Part shown: positions 30,550 to 44,760 of the stretch, piece by piece
Layout: the number at the start of each line of letters is the position of its first letter
How positions within the stretch are numbered: position 1 is the stretch's first letter
Assembly: GCF_009914755.1 (NCBI RefSeq)
Contig: NC_060936.1
Strand: one strand, 5' to 3'
From: the human T2T-CHM13v2.0 reference genome, Homo sapiens
Length of the DNA stretch: 64,000 bases
The notes under the pieces: model-generated
The model's input: only the letters and a program-made list of their open reading frames with translations
Database searches by the model: none
Told to the model about the DNA's origin: nothing
Program-made: the position numbers and the translations under genes

Positions 30550-32838
30550 TATTTTTGTGTTTTAATCTTTAATATGAAAGTTTGGTGGTGGTCATCTTTG
30601 ATCACTCTACACATGAGAAAAAGAAAGCTATGAAGCTAAGGGGCAGATAAGACAGTAAACGTAAGCCACATTTTTCTAGCTGTTCATTCTTGCCCCTTCC
30701 CAAAATCCACCTGCCCCTCTATCTTTGGTAGACCATCTAGTGCTTTATTTTTCCCTTGAGATAGCCTCTGGATTTTATTACTTGTAACCGAAAAGACACA
30801 ACCTCTGTTCGCTCCACCTGGAACATAAATTTCTAAGCTTTTTGCAATGTTAACTCCTTATGTAATTCAGCTTCTAAGTTTTGCCTCAAATCCACCATTT
30901 ACATGGAGTTCTTAAAGCACTGTAATTACTTAATAATATTTAATAGTGAATGGATAAATGAAATCTTACCAATACCTAACGTTACTTTGAGAAAATTCAT
31001 TCACATCTCTGAACCTCAGTTTCCCCAACTGTGAAACAGAAGCATAGAGAGCCAACCTCAACAAGGCAGCTGCGGAGACTGAAAATAAGGTGTGCAAGGT
31101 GCCCGGCACAGAGGAAACACTCAGTGAACAGCAGCCACTCTGGACAATGATCTGCAGGCATCCCCAGTGATAGGCAATTGATTCCTGCCCCAGGTAATGT
31201 CCTCTTTCTATGTCTTGGCTCGAACCTCCAGCAGGGTGAGACTGTGGAAAAAGGAATAATCTGAAATTAGATTTGCCCCTATGATTCCCAAATCAGAATC
31301 CATTTTCATTTGATGTCTCTATGCCCTGAGTAGAGCAGCTGTGCCGGGGATTAAATAAGGGGGACAGATCTGTCTTCTAAAGAAAGGAGAATTTTCCATA
31401 CTGGTTTGTCAGGATATTTGCTTTCCCACTGTTTGTCTGGGTTGGATCCCAGATTTGCTGTCACACTGGCCTCCTCCCTTGCAATAGCCAGAGATCATAT
31501 TAAGCGTCCACTCATGGAATTGAGAGGAGAGATAGAAATGCATTAGTGTCAAGATCTCCAGGGTGCATCTAAAATAAATATGATTCCTCTCTTCCCACTC
31601 CTCACACCATATGCGGGGGACACCCAGTGTTTATTTTTCAGCTGCGCCAGCCAGTCTGGAAGAGGACACCATGGAAATGGGAGAAAAAGGATCAGGGTGG
31701 TGTAACATATCACTGGGGGAAGTTTAGGGCCCATCACTCAACAAATAACAAGTCAACAACCCCTGTCGCTTGGATATCCCCTGTGAAAGCTGCATCACCC
31801 TGTTTCACAATAACTTTAATCTGACTGTGTAAATTCAAGAAGTTCCCATGGCTTGTAAATGACTGGCACAAAGTGGCCCGTTAAAATAATTCAGGTTCTT
31901 TGCAAAGAAAAAAAAATGGGGGCAGCTTTAAAATAAACCACAATGCATAAGTCACCAATATGTCAGATGTTGGTGGAAACCAGCAAACTAAACTTATATT
32001 GTGAGGCCATACACAATTTTTTTCTTTAATCAGCCTGCTTTCCTCTCATGGGTGATTGGAGCTAAATTTTATAATGTGGTAGAAAAGACGCATTGGTGTT
32101 AACTTAATGTGGAGTTAACTTGTAGTACATTATGTAACTTCGGGCAAGTAACTTTTACGTGAAACTCAGATTGCCCATCTAGAAAATGAGAAAATTGGAC
32201 AGTAGGTAGGAGAGTATATATTTGGCTCACAGGTCATAACTCTCTATTGTCGCATCCACAACAGACATCACTAGTCACTCATTTTATTTATTTTTCCTGT
32301 TGAACCCAGATGAGGTCTCAGGATTTATCTCAGCTGAGAGTTTCAGGGAGCCACTACCCACTGATAAAAGATAGACTTTGAGAAGAAGCTTCTCTGTCAT
32401 TCCTACAGCAGATGATTCTTGAACGTTCTTTGCATTGCACAAGCACTGTGTCATGTGGGCAATCGGACATGCCACCTCCACCCTACATAAATTTGTAGAG
32501 GTACTTCTTACCTTCATACCTTCAACCAAACTCGGTAAGCTGCCTTTGAAATAAGTTCATTAGGAGGTAAGATTTCCAAATAATACTTTGCACTCAAGTC
32601 TCAAGTTTTTGTTTGTTTGTTTGTTTTTATTCATCAAATTGCTCATCCCATGAAAGCTTCAGGAGGAGATGTAACTAATTGCATGGGAGAACTACATGGA
32701 GATGGCCTCAGAGCAATTCACAGGACTGTTCTGAATTGTCAAGATCTGCCTTGGATCCAGAAGACCTGGAAGCTTTACCAAACTTATACATGAAATTTCT
32801 CCACAGACCCCAGCTCAGCCCCACCGACTTGGTAGTGA

Positions 32839-32869
<31 letters not shown>

Positions 32870-35800
32870 CAGATGACCAATGAAAGGATCGGTCTGCCTC
32901 TCCAAAGTCCTCAGAAAGAATACCAAAATTGTGGCTAGGTCTGAGAAAGTTTTTATACAATGTCATGGGATTGGTAAATCCATTGTAGCACTGGCTTATC
33001 TGTCAAGGCTGACATATGGCAGGGTAACGCTTCCTTCCCTAAGCATTTTTCTTTGGTGAAAGAGAAACTCTGGTCCCTATGAGAAAAGAATATGAGACTG
33101 ACTCAGAGTCCTATTCATGTTTGATGCTACTGGGCACAGCTGTTTCTGGCTTCAAGGCATCTATCACATCTATGACTTTTTCTCCAGCAACCCCTGTGAT
33201 AAAGTTCATGAAACTAGAATCCCCATAGAAGAATGGTGGCTGGCACTATACTTTGGGGACACAAGTTGTGAAACTCTCAGTGGCCCAGCATCCAAATTTC
33301 TATTGTGCAGAGTCTTCTCTGATTTTGGAAAATGCCTTACAAAGTTAGGATGTTGAGACGAGGCTCATGGTGATGACACAGGCAGGTTTGTTTATGGAGT
33401 GGGGACAAATATTTTGAATCCTGCTTGCTGTTTGTTTTGTCTAATGTACACATAAAACTCAGAATGATGTTACCAGGGATATTGCACATCAAGCACTTAG
33501 CACGGTGTCTGGCAGGTGGAAAGGGCTCAGTAATGGGAGATACTGAGTGGATAATTACAATAGCATCTTAAGTAGGCTTCCTGCCTCTAACTTTAACCTT
33601 CTCTGTTCCTCCCTCTAAGCAAGAGTGAAGATGATGACGATGACGATGATGATGATAAGGGTAGTAATTGGTTTCCCGTTATCAAGCACCCACTGCATGC
33701 CAGTAAGTGTTTGCTTGCACCACCTCATTCAATCCTTTCAATGGTTATCAATATTATTATGCCAATGTGAACATTGCAGAAAATGAGGCAGAGAGAGGTT
33801 GTGTTCACTTGCTAAAGTCTTGCAGCTTGTAACTGTATGAGCCAGGATTTGAACCCCACCCCTCCTCTTAAGCACTTTGCTATGCTGTCTTTCATTCACC
33901 CATCCAATTATTACCTGTTGAGGGCCTACTACCCTCTTAGTATATGGTCTACCCTGTTCAAGCCTGGTATAGACTGAGTGTTAACTATATGGTAGAAATT
34001 ATTGTTATTAGTTATTATTTTTATTTAGATAATTTTGCCTCATAAGGGAGGCTGAAATAATTATAATATTTGTCCTGAAAAGTGTAGCCAGAGAGTATGA
34101 TATGAAAGGATGCACATTGCATTAGGACCCATGAGTCCTGGCTTCTAGTTCCAGCTCCCATCCCCACTCACTGTGCTACATTAAGCAGGGCATTTCCCCA
34201 ATCTGGGCGCCGGGTATCACGGGTTACCTCTCAACTCAGCTGTTACAAGTCCCTTCCGTCTAGAGGAGAGCATCAAAGCCAGGAAAAACTAAGCTTCCCT
34301 AAACCTGCAGTGCTTTACCTGATGGAGCCAAACTCCATGTAGCAAACCTAAAACCTTGATGCTGTGTAAATTGGCACATACACACAGCTTCCACGTGGTG
34401 ATGACTATCAAAACAAGCTTTTGTCTACCCCACAGGGTCAGCCTCCTTTCTGAAAATCAAGCAGCTGACTGAGTCCAGGTCAAAGTCCCAGTGGGAGTGA
34501 GAGCCCAGAGCAAAGCGTGCACTTACATTCCATGATGATGATGCTTGGTGATGAATGAACCAGCTTCTTGGCAGGAAGGAAGTTCCTACAGGTTGAGGTG
34601 ATCCTCCTAGCAATGTGTTTATTTGACAGCCTAAGGCAGCAAAAATTCACAGAGAAGAGAAAAGAGAGAAGAAAAGGGCATAAAAGAAAGGTTATTTAAG
34701 AACATCAGGATCCTCCCTGGCCAGCCAAACACTCATAAAACTAGAGCAGAAGATCATATAAACACATTGTGAAAAAATAAGGTAATCGGAGACTAAAAAG
34801 GTCCTAGAGAGGTATTAAGGCCAGGAAACATGTACTTTCTCTACCTTAGTACTTAGGCTCATTAATTTTTATTTAATCTACTTGGCACATAATAAATACT
34901 CAAGAAATATTTGTGAAATGAATGAACTACAGGAAGAAATCATTGTTGACTATGGCTGCCAATGACGGTGTCACAGGTTAAATGGGTGGTGGGAGCTGGG
35001 TACAATTTGAATTGCTAGAAAAAGAAAATAATTCAGAAAGACCATCAATTTTAACAAAGATCCCCATGAGAGAACAAACTTGGCTTGTTCTGTTGGGAGT
35101 TAAATTATTCAAAAGAGCCTAGACTATTTTGCAGACAATTTCCCTGGAATTTTAGTGATTCAATATCATAAAGGTTGATTTCTTATTCATGTTGTATGCC
35201 CAGCAGGTAATGTAAGGGGGCTCTGCTCCACATAGCCATTCAAGGATCCAGGATGATGGCAGGATCCGTTGACTACTTAGTCTTAGCTGCATCATCTGCA
35301 ATATTAGTCCGCCATGGTCACCACAGAAGGGGAAGAGAGCTCATGGAGAACCCACATCTGATTTGTGTGCTTTGGCATGGGAATGACATGTATTCCCTCT
35401 TCTCTCAGCCCAATAGACAGAATTGGACACATGGCTCCACCTGACTCTAGTAGGCTGGGACGTACAAAGAACCCATGGCTCTGTTTCATAGCAGTCATTA
35501 GGAGAGCAACCTGCTAGAGTGGTAAACACATTTTAGGTAAGGTAGAAAAATAATTAAGTATTTGTAGTTCTGCTATGACAATGCATGACCTAGAAGTATC
35601 TCCAATAACATAGGAAAACCCCTTCTATGGTGTGCCAAAATTTGTCAATATATTAAAAGAAATCTTCATTCTTTTCATTTTATGATTTCAAAGCTGTTAG
35701 AAAAGGACTCCAGTCTTTTGAGTCCATAGCCTCTTCTCAATGACATATGAGTGAATTCAGGTGCCTGCAAAAATTAATTCTTAGGGAGGGCAGAGATTCT

Positions 35801-36780
35801 AAACTTACATAGAGCTGGGTCCAAATTCCAGCTCCACCACCCTCCTCAAGGCCCTTAATCTTCATCTCTGCATTCATTCATTTGGTTAATATTTACTATG
35901 CACCAGCCCATTAATCAAGAAAGATAAAAGGGAAATACTCTGACACAATTCTTATCCTCAGTAGACTTACTGAGGATATCAGATTATTGGATAACAACTA
36001 AATGAAATGGACTGATACAATTAATATTAATATTTTTAAAATGTCTATACTACCCAAAGCTATCTATAGTTTCAATACCATCCTATCAAAATCCCAATGG
36101 CATTTTTTTTTTGCAGAAATAGAAAACAAATTCTAAAATTCTTATGGAACCACAAGTTACCCAGAAACCAAAGCACTATTGAACAAGAAGAACAAAGCTG
36201 GAAGCATCACCCCTTCCTAATTTGAAAATATGTTTCAAAGCTACAGGCATTAAAACAATACAGTACTGGCATAAAGACAGACATGTAGACCAATGGAACA
36301 AACAGAAAGCCCAGGAATAAACTTGTGATTATATAGTCAATTGATATTTGACAAGGGTCCCAAGAACACACTTAGAGAAAGAGTATTCTGTCCAATAAAT
36401 GGTGTTGGTAAAACTGGATATCCATGTGCAAAAGAATGAAAGTGGACCCTTATCTTACACCATACACAAAAACAAACTTAAAATGAATTAAATATTTAAA
36501 TTAAGATCTGAGGCTATAAAGCTCCTAGGAAAAAATGGGAAAAAGTGTCCTTGATATTGACATTGGCAATGATTCCTTGGATATGGCACCAAAAGCACAA
36601 GCAACAAAAGCAAAAACAGACAAATTGGACTATATCTAACTAAAAACCTTCTTCACAGAACAAAAAAACTTCAAAATGATAATACAACTAACAGAACGGG
36701 AGAAAATGTTTGCAAACCATAGCTGTATATATCATTAAGGGTTGATATCCAAACGATATAAGAAACTCCTACAATTTACT

Positions 36781-36880
36781 AGGAGAGAGGGAGAGAAAGG
36801 GAGAAAGGAGAGGAGAGGAAGGAAGGGAGGGAGGGAGGGAGGGAGGGAGGGAGGGAGGGAGGGAGGGAGGGAAAGAATGA

Positions 36881-36939
<59 letters not shown>

Positions 36940-37135
36940 GAAGGAAGGAAGAGAGAGAGAAAAAAGAAAGAGAAAGAGAGAGAGAAAGAAAGAAAGAGAG
37001 ACAGAAAGAAAGAAAGGAAGGAAGGAAAGAAAAGAAAAGGAAAAGAAAAGAAGAGAGGAAGCAAAGAAATAAAGAAGAAAAGAAGGGAAGAAGGGAGGAA
37101 GAAAAGAAGAAAGGAAGGAAGGAAGTGAAGAAGAA
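36781..37135. repeat. Polypurine tract with (GGGA)n and (GAAA)n
   Basis: ~350 bp almost exclusively A/G. Confidence 0.95.
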
Positions 37136-37427
37136 CCAGATTTTTCAAGGAGTAAAAGACTTGAATAGACATTTTCCCAAAGAAAACAAACCAATGACCA
37201 ATAGCTATGAAAAGATGCTCAACATCATCAGAGAAATGCACATCAAAACCACAATGAGATCTCACCTCACACCTGTCAGGATGGCTATTGTCTTAAAAAG
37301 ATAACAAGTTTTGGTGGGGATGTGGAAGAAAGAGAACTCTTGTATAATTTTGGTCAGAATGTAAATTGGTGCAACCACTATGCAAAACAGTACAGAGGTT
37401 GCTCAAAAAGTTAAAAATAGGTCATCA

Positions 37428-37737
<310 letters not shown>

Positions 37738-38641
37738 AAAAATAGATCATTATATAATCCAGAAATCCCACTTCTGGGTGTATATCCAAAGGAATTGAAA
37801 TCGGAATTGCATTATTCACAATAGCTAAGACATGAGAGCAATCTAAATGTCCACTGACAGATAAACAGATAAAGAAAATTGGTATATACATATAATGAAT
37901 TGTTATTCAGCCTTAAAAAGCAAGAAAATCCTGCCATTTGAAACAATGTGGATGAACTTGGAGGATATTATGGTAAGTGAAATAAGCCAGGCACAGAAGG
38001 ACAAGTACTACATGAACCCACTTCTATGAAGAATCTAAAATAGTCAAACTCACAGAAGCAGAGAGCAGAGTGGTGATTGCCAAGCCTACAGGGAGGGTGA
38101 AACGGAGAGATGTTGGTCAAATGATACAAAGTTTTGATTATGCCAGATAAATAAGTCCTAGATATCCAGAGGACAACATAGTAGCTATAGTTAAGAATAT
38201 TCTATTGTATACTAAAAATATGCTAGAAGGATAGATCTTACATTGTCTTCTTATCACAGTAATAATAACCATATCAAACAAAGAGGGCAGAAGGAAACTT
38301 TTGGAGGTGATTGAAATGATTATGGTGTTGATTGTGGTGATAGCTTCACAGGTGTACACTTATCTCCAAACTCATCAAGTTGTGTGCATTAAAGATGCAC
38401 AGCGTTTCAATGTGAGTCATAACTCAGTGATTTGGCTTAAAAATGGACTGACAATAAAGTAAGAAAGACAGAAGTTAGATTTAAAGGGAAAATTCTGGTG
38501 CCTCAAAATTGCTGAGGTTCTTGAAATGGGAAAAGGCAATGAGCCTCCTCACTTCAAAGGACATTAGAGATATTTTTAATAACAATATCTTTAATCTCAG
38601 GATTCTATTCCCAGCATTGGTCCACCCAATCTCCTTGCTAA

Positions 38642-38986
<345 letters not shown>

Positions 38987-39125
38987 GAAGAATGTTAATT
39001 TTTTTTGCTTGTTTTATTTTTATTCAAGATCAAAGTTTAAACAAATGGAGTAATGATAGTTTTTCTAGAAAAACATGAACATCATTATTTGATAATGAAA
39101 ATGTCTTTACTGTTAAAGAAACACT

Positions 39126-39737
39126 GAACGCTTTTACACTGTTAGTGGGAGTGTAAATTAGTTCAACCATTGTGGAAGACAGTGTGGCAATTCCTCAAGG
39201 ATCTAGAACCAGAAATACAATTTGACACAGCAATCCCATTACTGGGTATACCCAAAGGATTATAAATCATTCTACTATAAAGACGCATGCACATGAATGT
39301 TTATTACAGCACTGTTCACAATAGCAAAGACTTGGAACCAACCCAAATGCCCATCAATGATAGACTGGATAAAGAAAATGTGGCACATATACACCATGGA
39401 ATCCTATGCAGCCATAAAGAAGGATGAGTTCATGACCTTTGCAGGGTCATGGATGAAGCCTGAAACCATCATTCTCAGCAAACTAACACAGGAGCAGAAA
39501 ACCAAACACTGCATGTTCTCACTCATAAGTGGGAGTTGAACAATGAGAACGCATGGACACAGGCAGGGGAACATCACACACTGGGGCCTGTTGGGGGGTG
39601 GGGGGCTAGGGGAGGGATAGCATTAGGAGAAATACCTAATGTAGATGATGGGTTGATAGGTGCAGCACACCAACATGGCACATGTATACCTATGTAACAA
39701 ACCTGCATATTCTGCACATGTATCCCAGAATTTAAAG
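39126..39737 (+). mobile_element. L1PA7/8-like 3' fragment lacking poly(A)
   Basis: [20 protein letters not shown]...SLISGS; 3'UTR stops at cccagaatttaaag. Confidence 0.9.
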
Positions 39738-40229
39738 GCTGTTAATTCTTAACACGCCTATCTCTAGAGGTCAGTCTAGAGATCTCTGACAAAATCGAAG
39801 TTTCAAATCATTAATCTCACAAATAAAATGACTCTAAAATTGTTAGAAAGGCACTGGCCATGGTAATCCTATTTAGAAACTAAGAATAAATAAATGTAAC
39901 TTACAAAGTAGAGCTGAGTGTTAAGGGTAATTATAGATCTTCCAGAGTTTCCAACATATAATAGCTTCTATGACAGATTGTATAGATAAAACAATCTGTC
40001 CTAGTTAGGAAGCTAAAAAGCTTAGGCTGGAATTTACAACGCATCTTCCACATTTAAAGTTCTTGCTGACAACAGCTACAAGGCACTGCCTCCTATGTGC
40101 CCGGTACAACCCCTGCAGCATGGGAAGTGTCCGAGTAAACACCAGCTGATTGAATAAAAGACTGCTGCGACGAAGTCAGCTTAGGCACTCTGGAAGACCT
40201 GGGAGGGGCATGAGCAAAGCAGTCTAGGC

Positions 40230-40736
40230 CAGTGGTTCTCAAACTTTGGTTCCTGGATCAGTCATCCAGGGAAATTATTAGAAATGCAAATTCTCAGGCC
40301 CTCCACCCAGACCTACTGAAGCCGAATCTCCAAGGACGGGGCCCAGGAGTGTGTGTTTCAGCAAGCCTTCTGGGTGATTCTGATGCGCAATAAGAATTGA
40401 GAACCATTGCTATAGAACCTTGCTTCTCAAAGTGTGGTCTGTGTATCAGTGGTATCATTGTCACCTGGGAGCAAACAAGAAATGCAGAATATCAGATCTC
40501 ACCTCGTACTTACTGAATCAGAATCTTCGTTTTAACAACATCTTCACTCAGAGAGTTCATTTGCAACTTAAAGCTTAAGAAGCACTGATCTTGGCCATTG
40601 GTTTTCAAACGTAGCTGCTCGTTAGAATCGCACGGACAGAAACTGGCGTGGTTATTCTGGGATGTGACCTGAACATCAGGATTTTCTAAAATTCCCCCAG
40701 ATGATTCTAACATGCAGCAAAGTTTGAGAATCACAA
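40230..40736. mobile_element. Three tandem MER5-family hAT MITEs (40230-40409, 40418-40587, 40596-40736)
   Basis: Each bounded by cagtggttctcaa-like and ttgagaaccactg-like TIRs; 8-bp spacers. Confidence 0.8.
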
Positions 40737-42030
40737 GTGTCCATGACTTTAAAAAGGCTTTCCAGAGAAGGCAGCATCTAAGCTCAGCCCTGGCCCCCAA
40801 GTCTGGGTGTTTCCAGGAGAGAGAGAGAGAGAAACAGCCAGATTGTTTTGGGTGCTGCTACCACCACTGTCTCTACCTGTCTTCAGTCAAAGAGGGAGGC
40901 CTCCCAAATCAAGGGCTGTCAATCCACCCACATCAACAGCCTCAAATTCACTAAAATGCTTGAGGCAAGGGTTCAGAGCGAGGGCAGAGTAAGGGAGAGG
41001 TTTTATTAGATAAAGCCTGCATTCTCTGAGCTGTGCATTTATTAATTTCAAAGTAGGCTGAATGATGGGGGAGGGCTAGGGGAGCAGCGTGGGTAATAAA
41101 AGCGCTTTCAGAGAGTGCCCTCTTGCTTCTTGGAATGTCTTCCACCCCGACCCTCCCAATGGCAGTCCTAAAGGAAGGTCACCCTGGGATCATCTCACCT
41201 TTGACGAGGCTGGCCAGGGATGCTGCTGAGAATGAAATAAACTCTTCTCTCTTTTGCTTGGAGAAAAGAAATCATGGGTAGTAAAAGCCTACGACTCACA
41301 TGGAGGGGTCATCAGTGGGGCCAGAGATAGAAGGCAGGGGAGTTTGGAGGAGGTGGTGGGGAAGGCAAAGGTGGGAGGAAGGAAGAAGGAGTGGCAAAAG
41401 CAATGTCAGACAACAAAGGTCCAAATGTTTCAGAGTTGGCTTCCTCGGCTCCAACACTAGAACTGTTTCTGTTGCACCCACTCCCCCAACCTCCCCCTCC
41501 TTCCTTTCCTCATATCATCTCCAATGACTAATTATTTTGACCTTCCTCAACCCGATCTGCAATATCTCAAGTCTCTGTCATAGTCGGCTTCCGGCCACCG
41601 TCGGTCAGATGACTCTAAGCACACAAGGCCAGGGTCGCCTTGCCAAATGGCAGCAAAGCATGGCCAAAAGCAGAGTCTCGAAATACCCCCAGGGCCCACT
41701 TTTTGCTCTCATTCCTTCCTTTCCCTTTCCCCTAAAATAATCTTTATCTTAATTGTGGATTATTCTCTCCCTCTTTTGGATCTCTCTTTTCTAGGCACCA
41801 GTCAAAAGAGAAGTAGGAGGCAATGATAAAGCGACAACGTAGGTTTTTAGTCACCTTACCTGAATGAGTTTGTCACATGACCACTTTTCACAAGTATTCC
41901 TTCAGAACAAATACGATGCCATTCCCTTCCCACCACATGTTCTTGGAATTCCTTTTTGAACATGGCCTTTGGAAATGTCTAAATGGGCATTTACAATTGA
42001 GGCACAAAAAACATTATTATTCATTGAGGC

Positions 42031-42354
42031 TTTTTCCTTTTCTTTTTTTTCTTTCTTTTTTTTTTTTTTTGGAGACAGAGTCTCGCTCTGTTGCCCAGGC
42101 TGGAGTGCAGTGGCGTGACCTCAACTCACTGCAACCTCTGCCTCCCAGGTTCAAGTGATTCTTGTGCCTGAGCCTCCTGAGTAGCTGGGACTGTAGGTGT
42201 GTGTCACCACGCCTGGCTAATTTTTTGTATTTTTAGTAGAGACAGGGTTTCCCCATGTTGCCCTGGCTGGTTTTGAACTCCCAAGCTCAGGCGATCCACC
42301 CGCCCTAGCCTCCCAAAGTGCTAGGATTTCAGGCCTGAGCCACCGTGCTCAGCC
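42031..42354 (-). mobile_element. Alu (AluS)
   Basis: Full antisense dimer. Confidence 0.93.
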
Positions 42355-43226
42355 CATTTATCTATTTTTTTTTTTTGGCAAAATATCATGATTGCATTTT
42401 AGTTGTTGGACTCTAGATTAGTATAACCAAGTAAATCATCTATTTATTTTTAATGATTATTTCTCTGTGATATTTTATTCTTTCCCCAAGTTAAATCTAC
42501 TCTCAAAGATTATAGATCTTGTCACCAGTAAAAAAAATTATTCCAAAAAATTAAGCAAGATTTTTTGTATTACACTCCTCTTCCCTTCTCCACTCAGAAA
42601 AGAACTTCTACAAATACTCTGAATAATGATCAAATCTTCAAGTGTCAAGACTCCGACAGGAAACTATTTCAGGGCAGAACCGATTGGTCGGGCATGACCT
42701 CTAAAATCACAAACTAAAACAAGCATTAAGGGTTTTCTTAGTCACTATTAATGAACTCAGTTCCACTTCCTCTTTTATCTTCATAATAGTATCTGGGACA
42801 ATCCCCAGCTCTTAGCAACTCGAATTTTCCAGGCATCTGTCCTCCTCAGGATAGGCAACAAAAGGAACAAGCACATACTTGACTCAATATTATATTATGT
42901 GCTTTTCTTCTCTGTTTTATTTTTGCTCTTTGACTCATCTCCTCTCCTACCCTGAAAGGAAAGATCATTTAACACCAGGTTAAATTAATTCCATAAGTGT
43001 TTTCTGCATGTAAGGCCCTGTTTCACATGGTGTGTGGGAATCTCTGGCCACCTAAGATGTGCTTTCTTATGTTTTCCGCTAGCACACCTATAGGAAGAAA
43101 TGGGGTGGAGATGCTGTGTTGAGAAGGATTCTGAGGTCCATACTCACTGAGAAAGTGCATTTATGGTTTTTCCCCCCCCCCCCCTTATCTTTAATAGACA
43201 CTCAAATATTTGCTGCCTGGATAAAT

Positions 43227-43256
43227 GGAAAGAGAAAAGAGAGAGAGAGAAAGAAA

Positions 43257-43340
<84 letters not shown>

Positions 43341-43980
43341 AAAGAAAGAAGGGAGGGAGGGAGGGAGGGAAGGAAGGAAAGAAGAAAAGGAAGGAAGGAA
43401 GAGAAAAGGAAAGAAAGAAAGAAAGGAGAGAGGGAGGAGGGAGGGAGGGAAGGAAACAAGGAAAGGAAGGAAGGAAGAGAAAAGGAAAGAAAGAAAGAAG
43501 AAAGAAAGAAAAGAAAAAAGAGAAGGGAAGAAGGAAAGAAAGAAAGAAAGGGAGGGATGGAGGAAGGAAAGAAGGAAGGAAGGAGAAAGAAAGAGAAAGT
43601 AGGAAAGAAAGAAAGAAAAAGAGAGAGGGACGGAGGGAGGGAGGAAGGACGGAAAAGAAAGAGGGGGAGGTAGGTAGGGAGGGAGGGAGGGAGGAAGGAA
43701 GGAAAAAAGAAAGAAGAAAGAAAGAGAAAGAAAGAGAAAGGAGGAAAGAAAGAAAGGAATGAAGAAGAAAGGAAGGAAGGAAAAGAAGAAAGAAAGAGGG
43801 AGGGGGGAAGGAAGGAAGGAAAGAAGGAATGAAGAAAGGAAGAAAAAGAAAGAAAGAAAGAAAAGGAAGAAAGAAAAGAAAAGATAGAGAAAGAAAAAGG
43901 GAGGGAAAGAAGGAAAGGGTAAGGAAGGAATGAAGAAAGGAAGAAGGGAGGAAGGAAGGGATAAAGCAAGGAAGGAAGAT
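43227..43980. repeat. ~750-bp polypurine tract including a perfect (GAAA)~20 STR at ~43259-43342
   Basis: Directly visible. Confidence 0.97.
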
Positions 43981-44199
43981 GGTGAGTGAATGAATACCTG
44001 AGCAGTGAGATCTACCCCTTAGGCAAGAGGAAATGAATCATATCACAACCATGGATTTCAAGTGAACATTTTGAGAAGTATCAATCCCAGATGTTTGCTG
44101 GAACATGCTCCCTTCCTATTTCCATCCCATTTTGAAAGTCACAGTGTAGGTAGGATCCCCATGGATATTGTTTATTTTGAAGTATATTCTACCTCATTC

Positions 44200-44760
44200 T
44201 GCTGAAACACACTGGCCACACAGGAAAGTCAAGGAAAGACTGAGGAATTGCTCCGGATTGGAAGGAAGCTAAAAGAAACAAGAAAACCAAATGTAACGTG
44301 TGATTCTTTGGCTACAAACACATCACTTTTTTTCTTTCTGAGATGGGGTATCCTAGTGGTGTGATCACAGCTCACTGTTGCAACCTCGACCTCCTGGGCT
44401 CAAGCAATCCTCCTTCCTCAACCTCCCATGTAGCTAGGACTACAGGTGCACACCACCACAGCTGGTTAATCTTTTTACTATGTGTGGAGATGGGTCTTGC
44501 TATGTTGCCCACGCTGGTCTTGAACTCCTAGGCTCAAGCAACCCTCCCACCTCAGCCTCCCAAAGTGTTGGAATTACAGGTGTGAGCCACCGTGCCAGCC
44601 TACAAACACATCATAGAGACAATAGGCGAAACTTGAATGACATCTGAGAACTATAGGGTAACAATGTGTCAATACTACTCTTCTGAATTTAATAGTTATA
44701 TTTTTATTATAAAGGGAAATGCCCTTGATTTTAGGAAATAAATATTAAATTGTTGGGGCT
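44200..44760 (+). mobile_element. Old L1M (L1MC-like) 3'UTR fragment split by an Alu
   Basis: caaggaaagactgaggaattgctcc...aaatgtaacgtgtgattc...ggcgaaacttgaat. Confidence 0.6.
44327..44600 (-). mobile_element. Alu (AluJ-like)
   Basis: TSD tacaaacacatca at 44313-44325 and 44601-44613. Confidence 0.92.

Noticed and set aside
43116-43969. Long K/E/R-rich and F/L/S-rich ORFs (also 36735-37265 and 2589-2933)
   Set aside because: Artefacts of stop-free purine/pyrimidine simple repeats.
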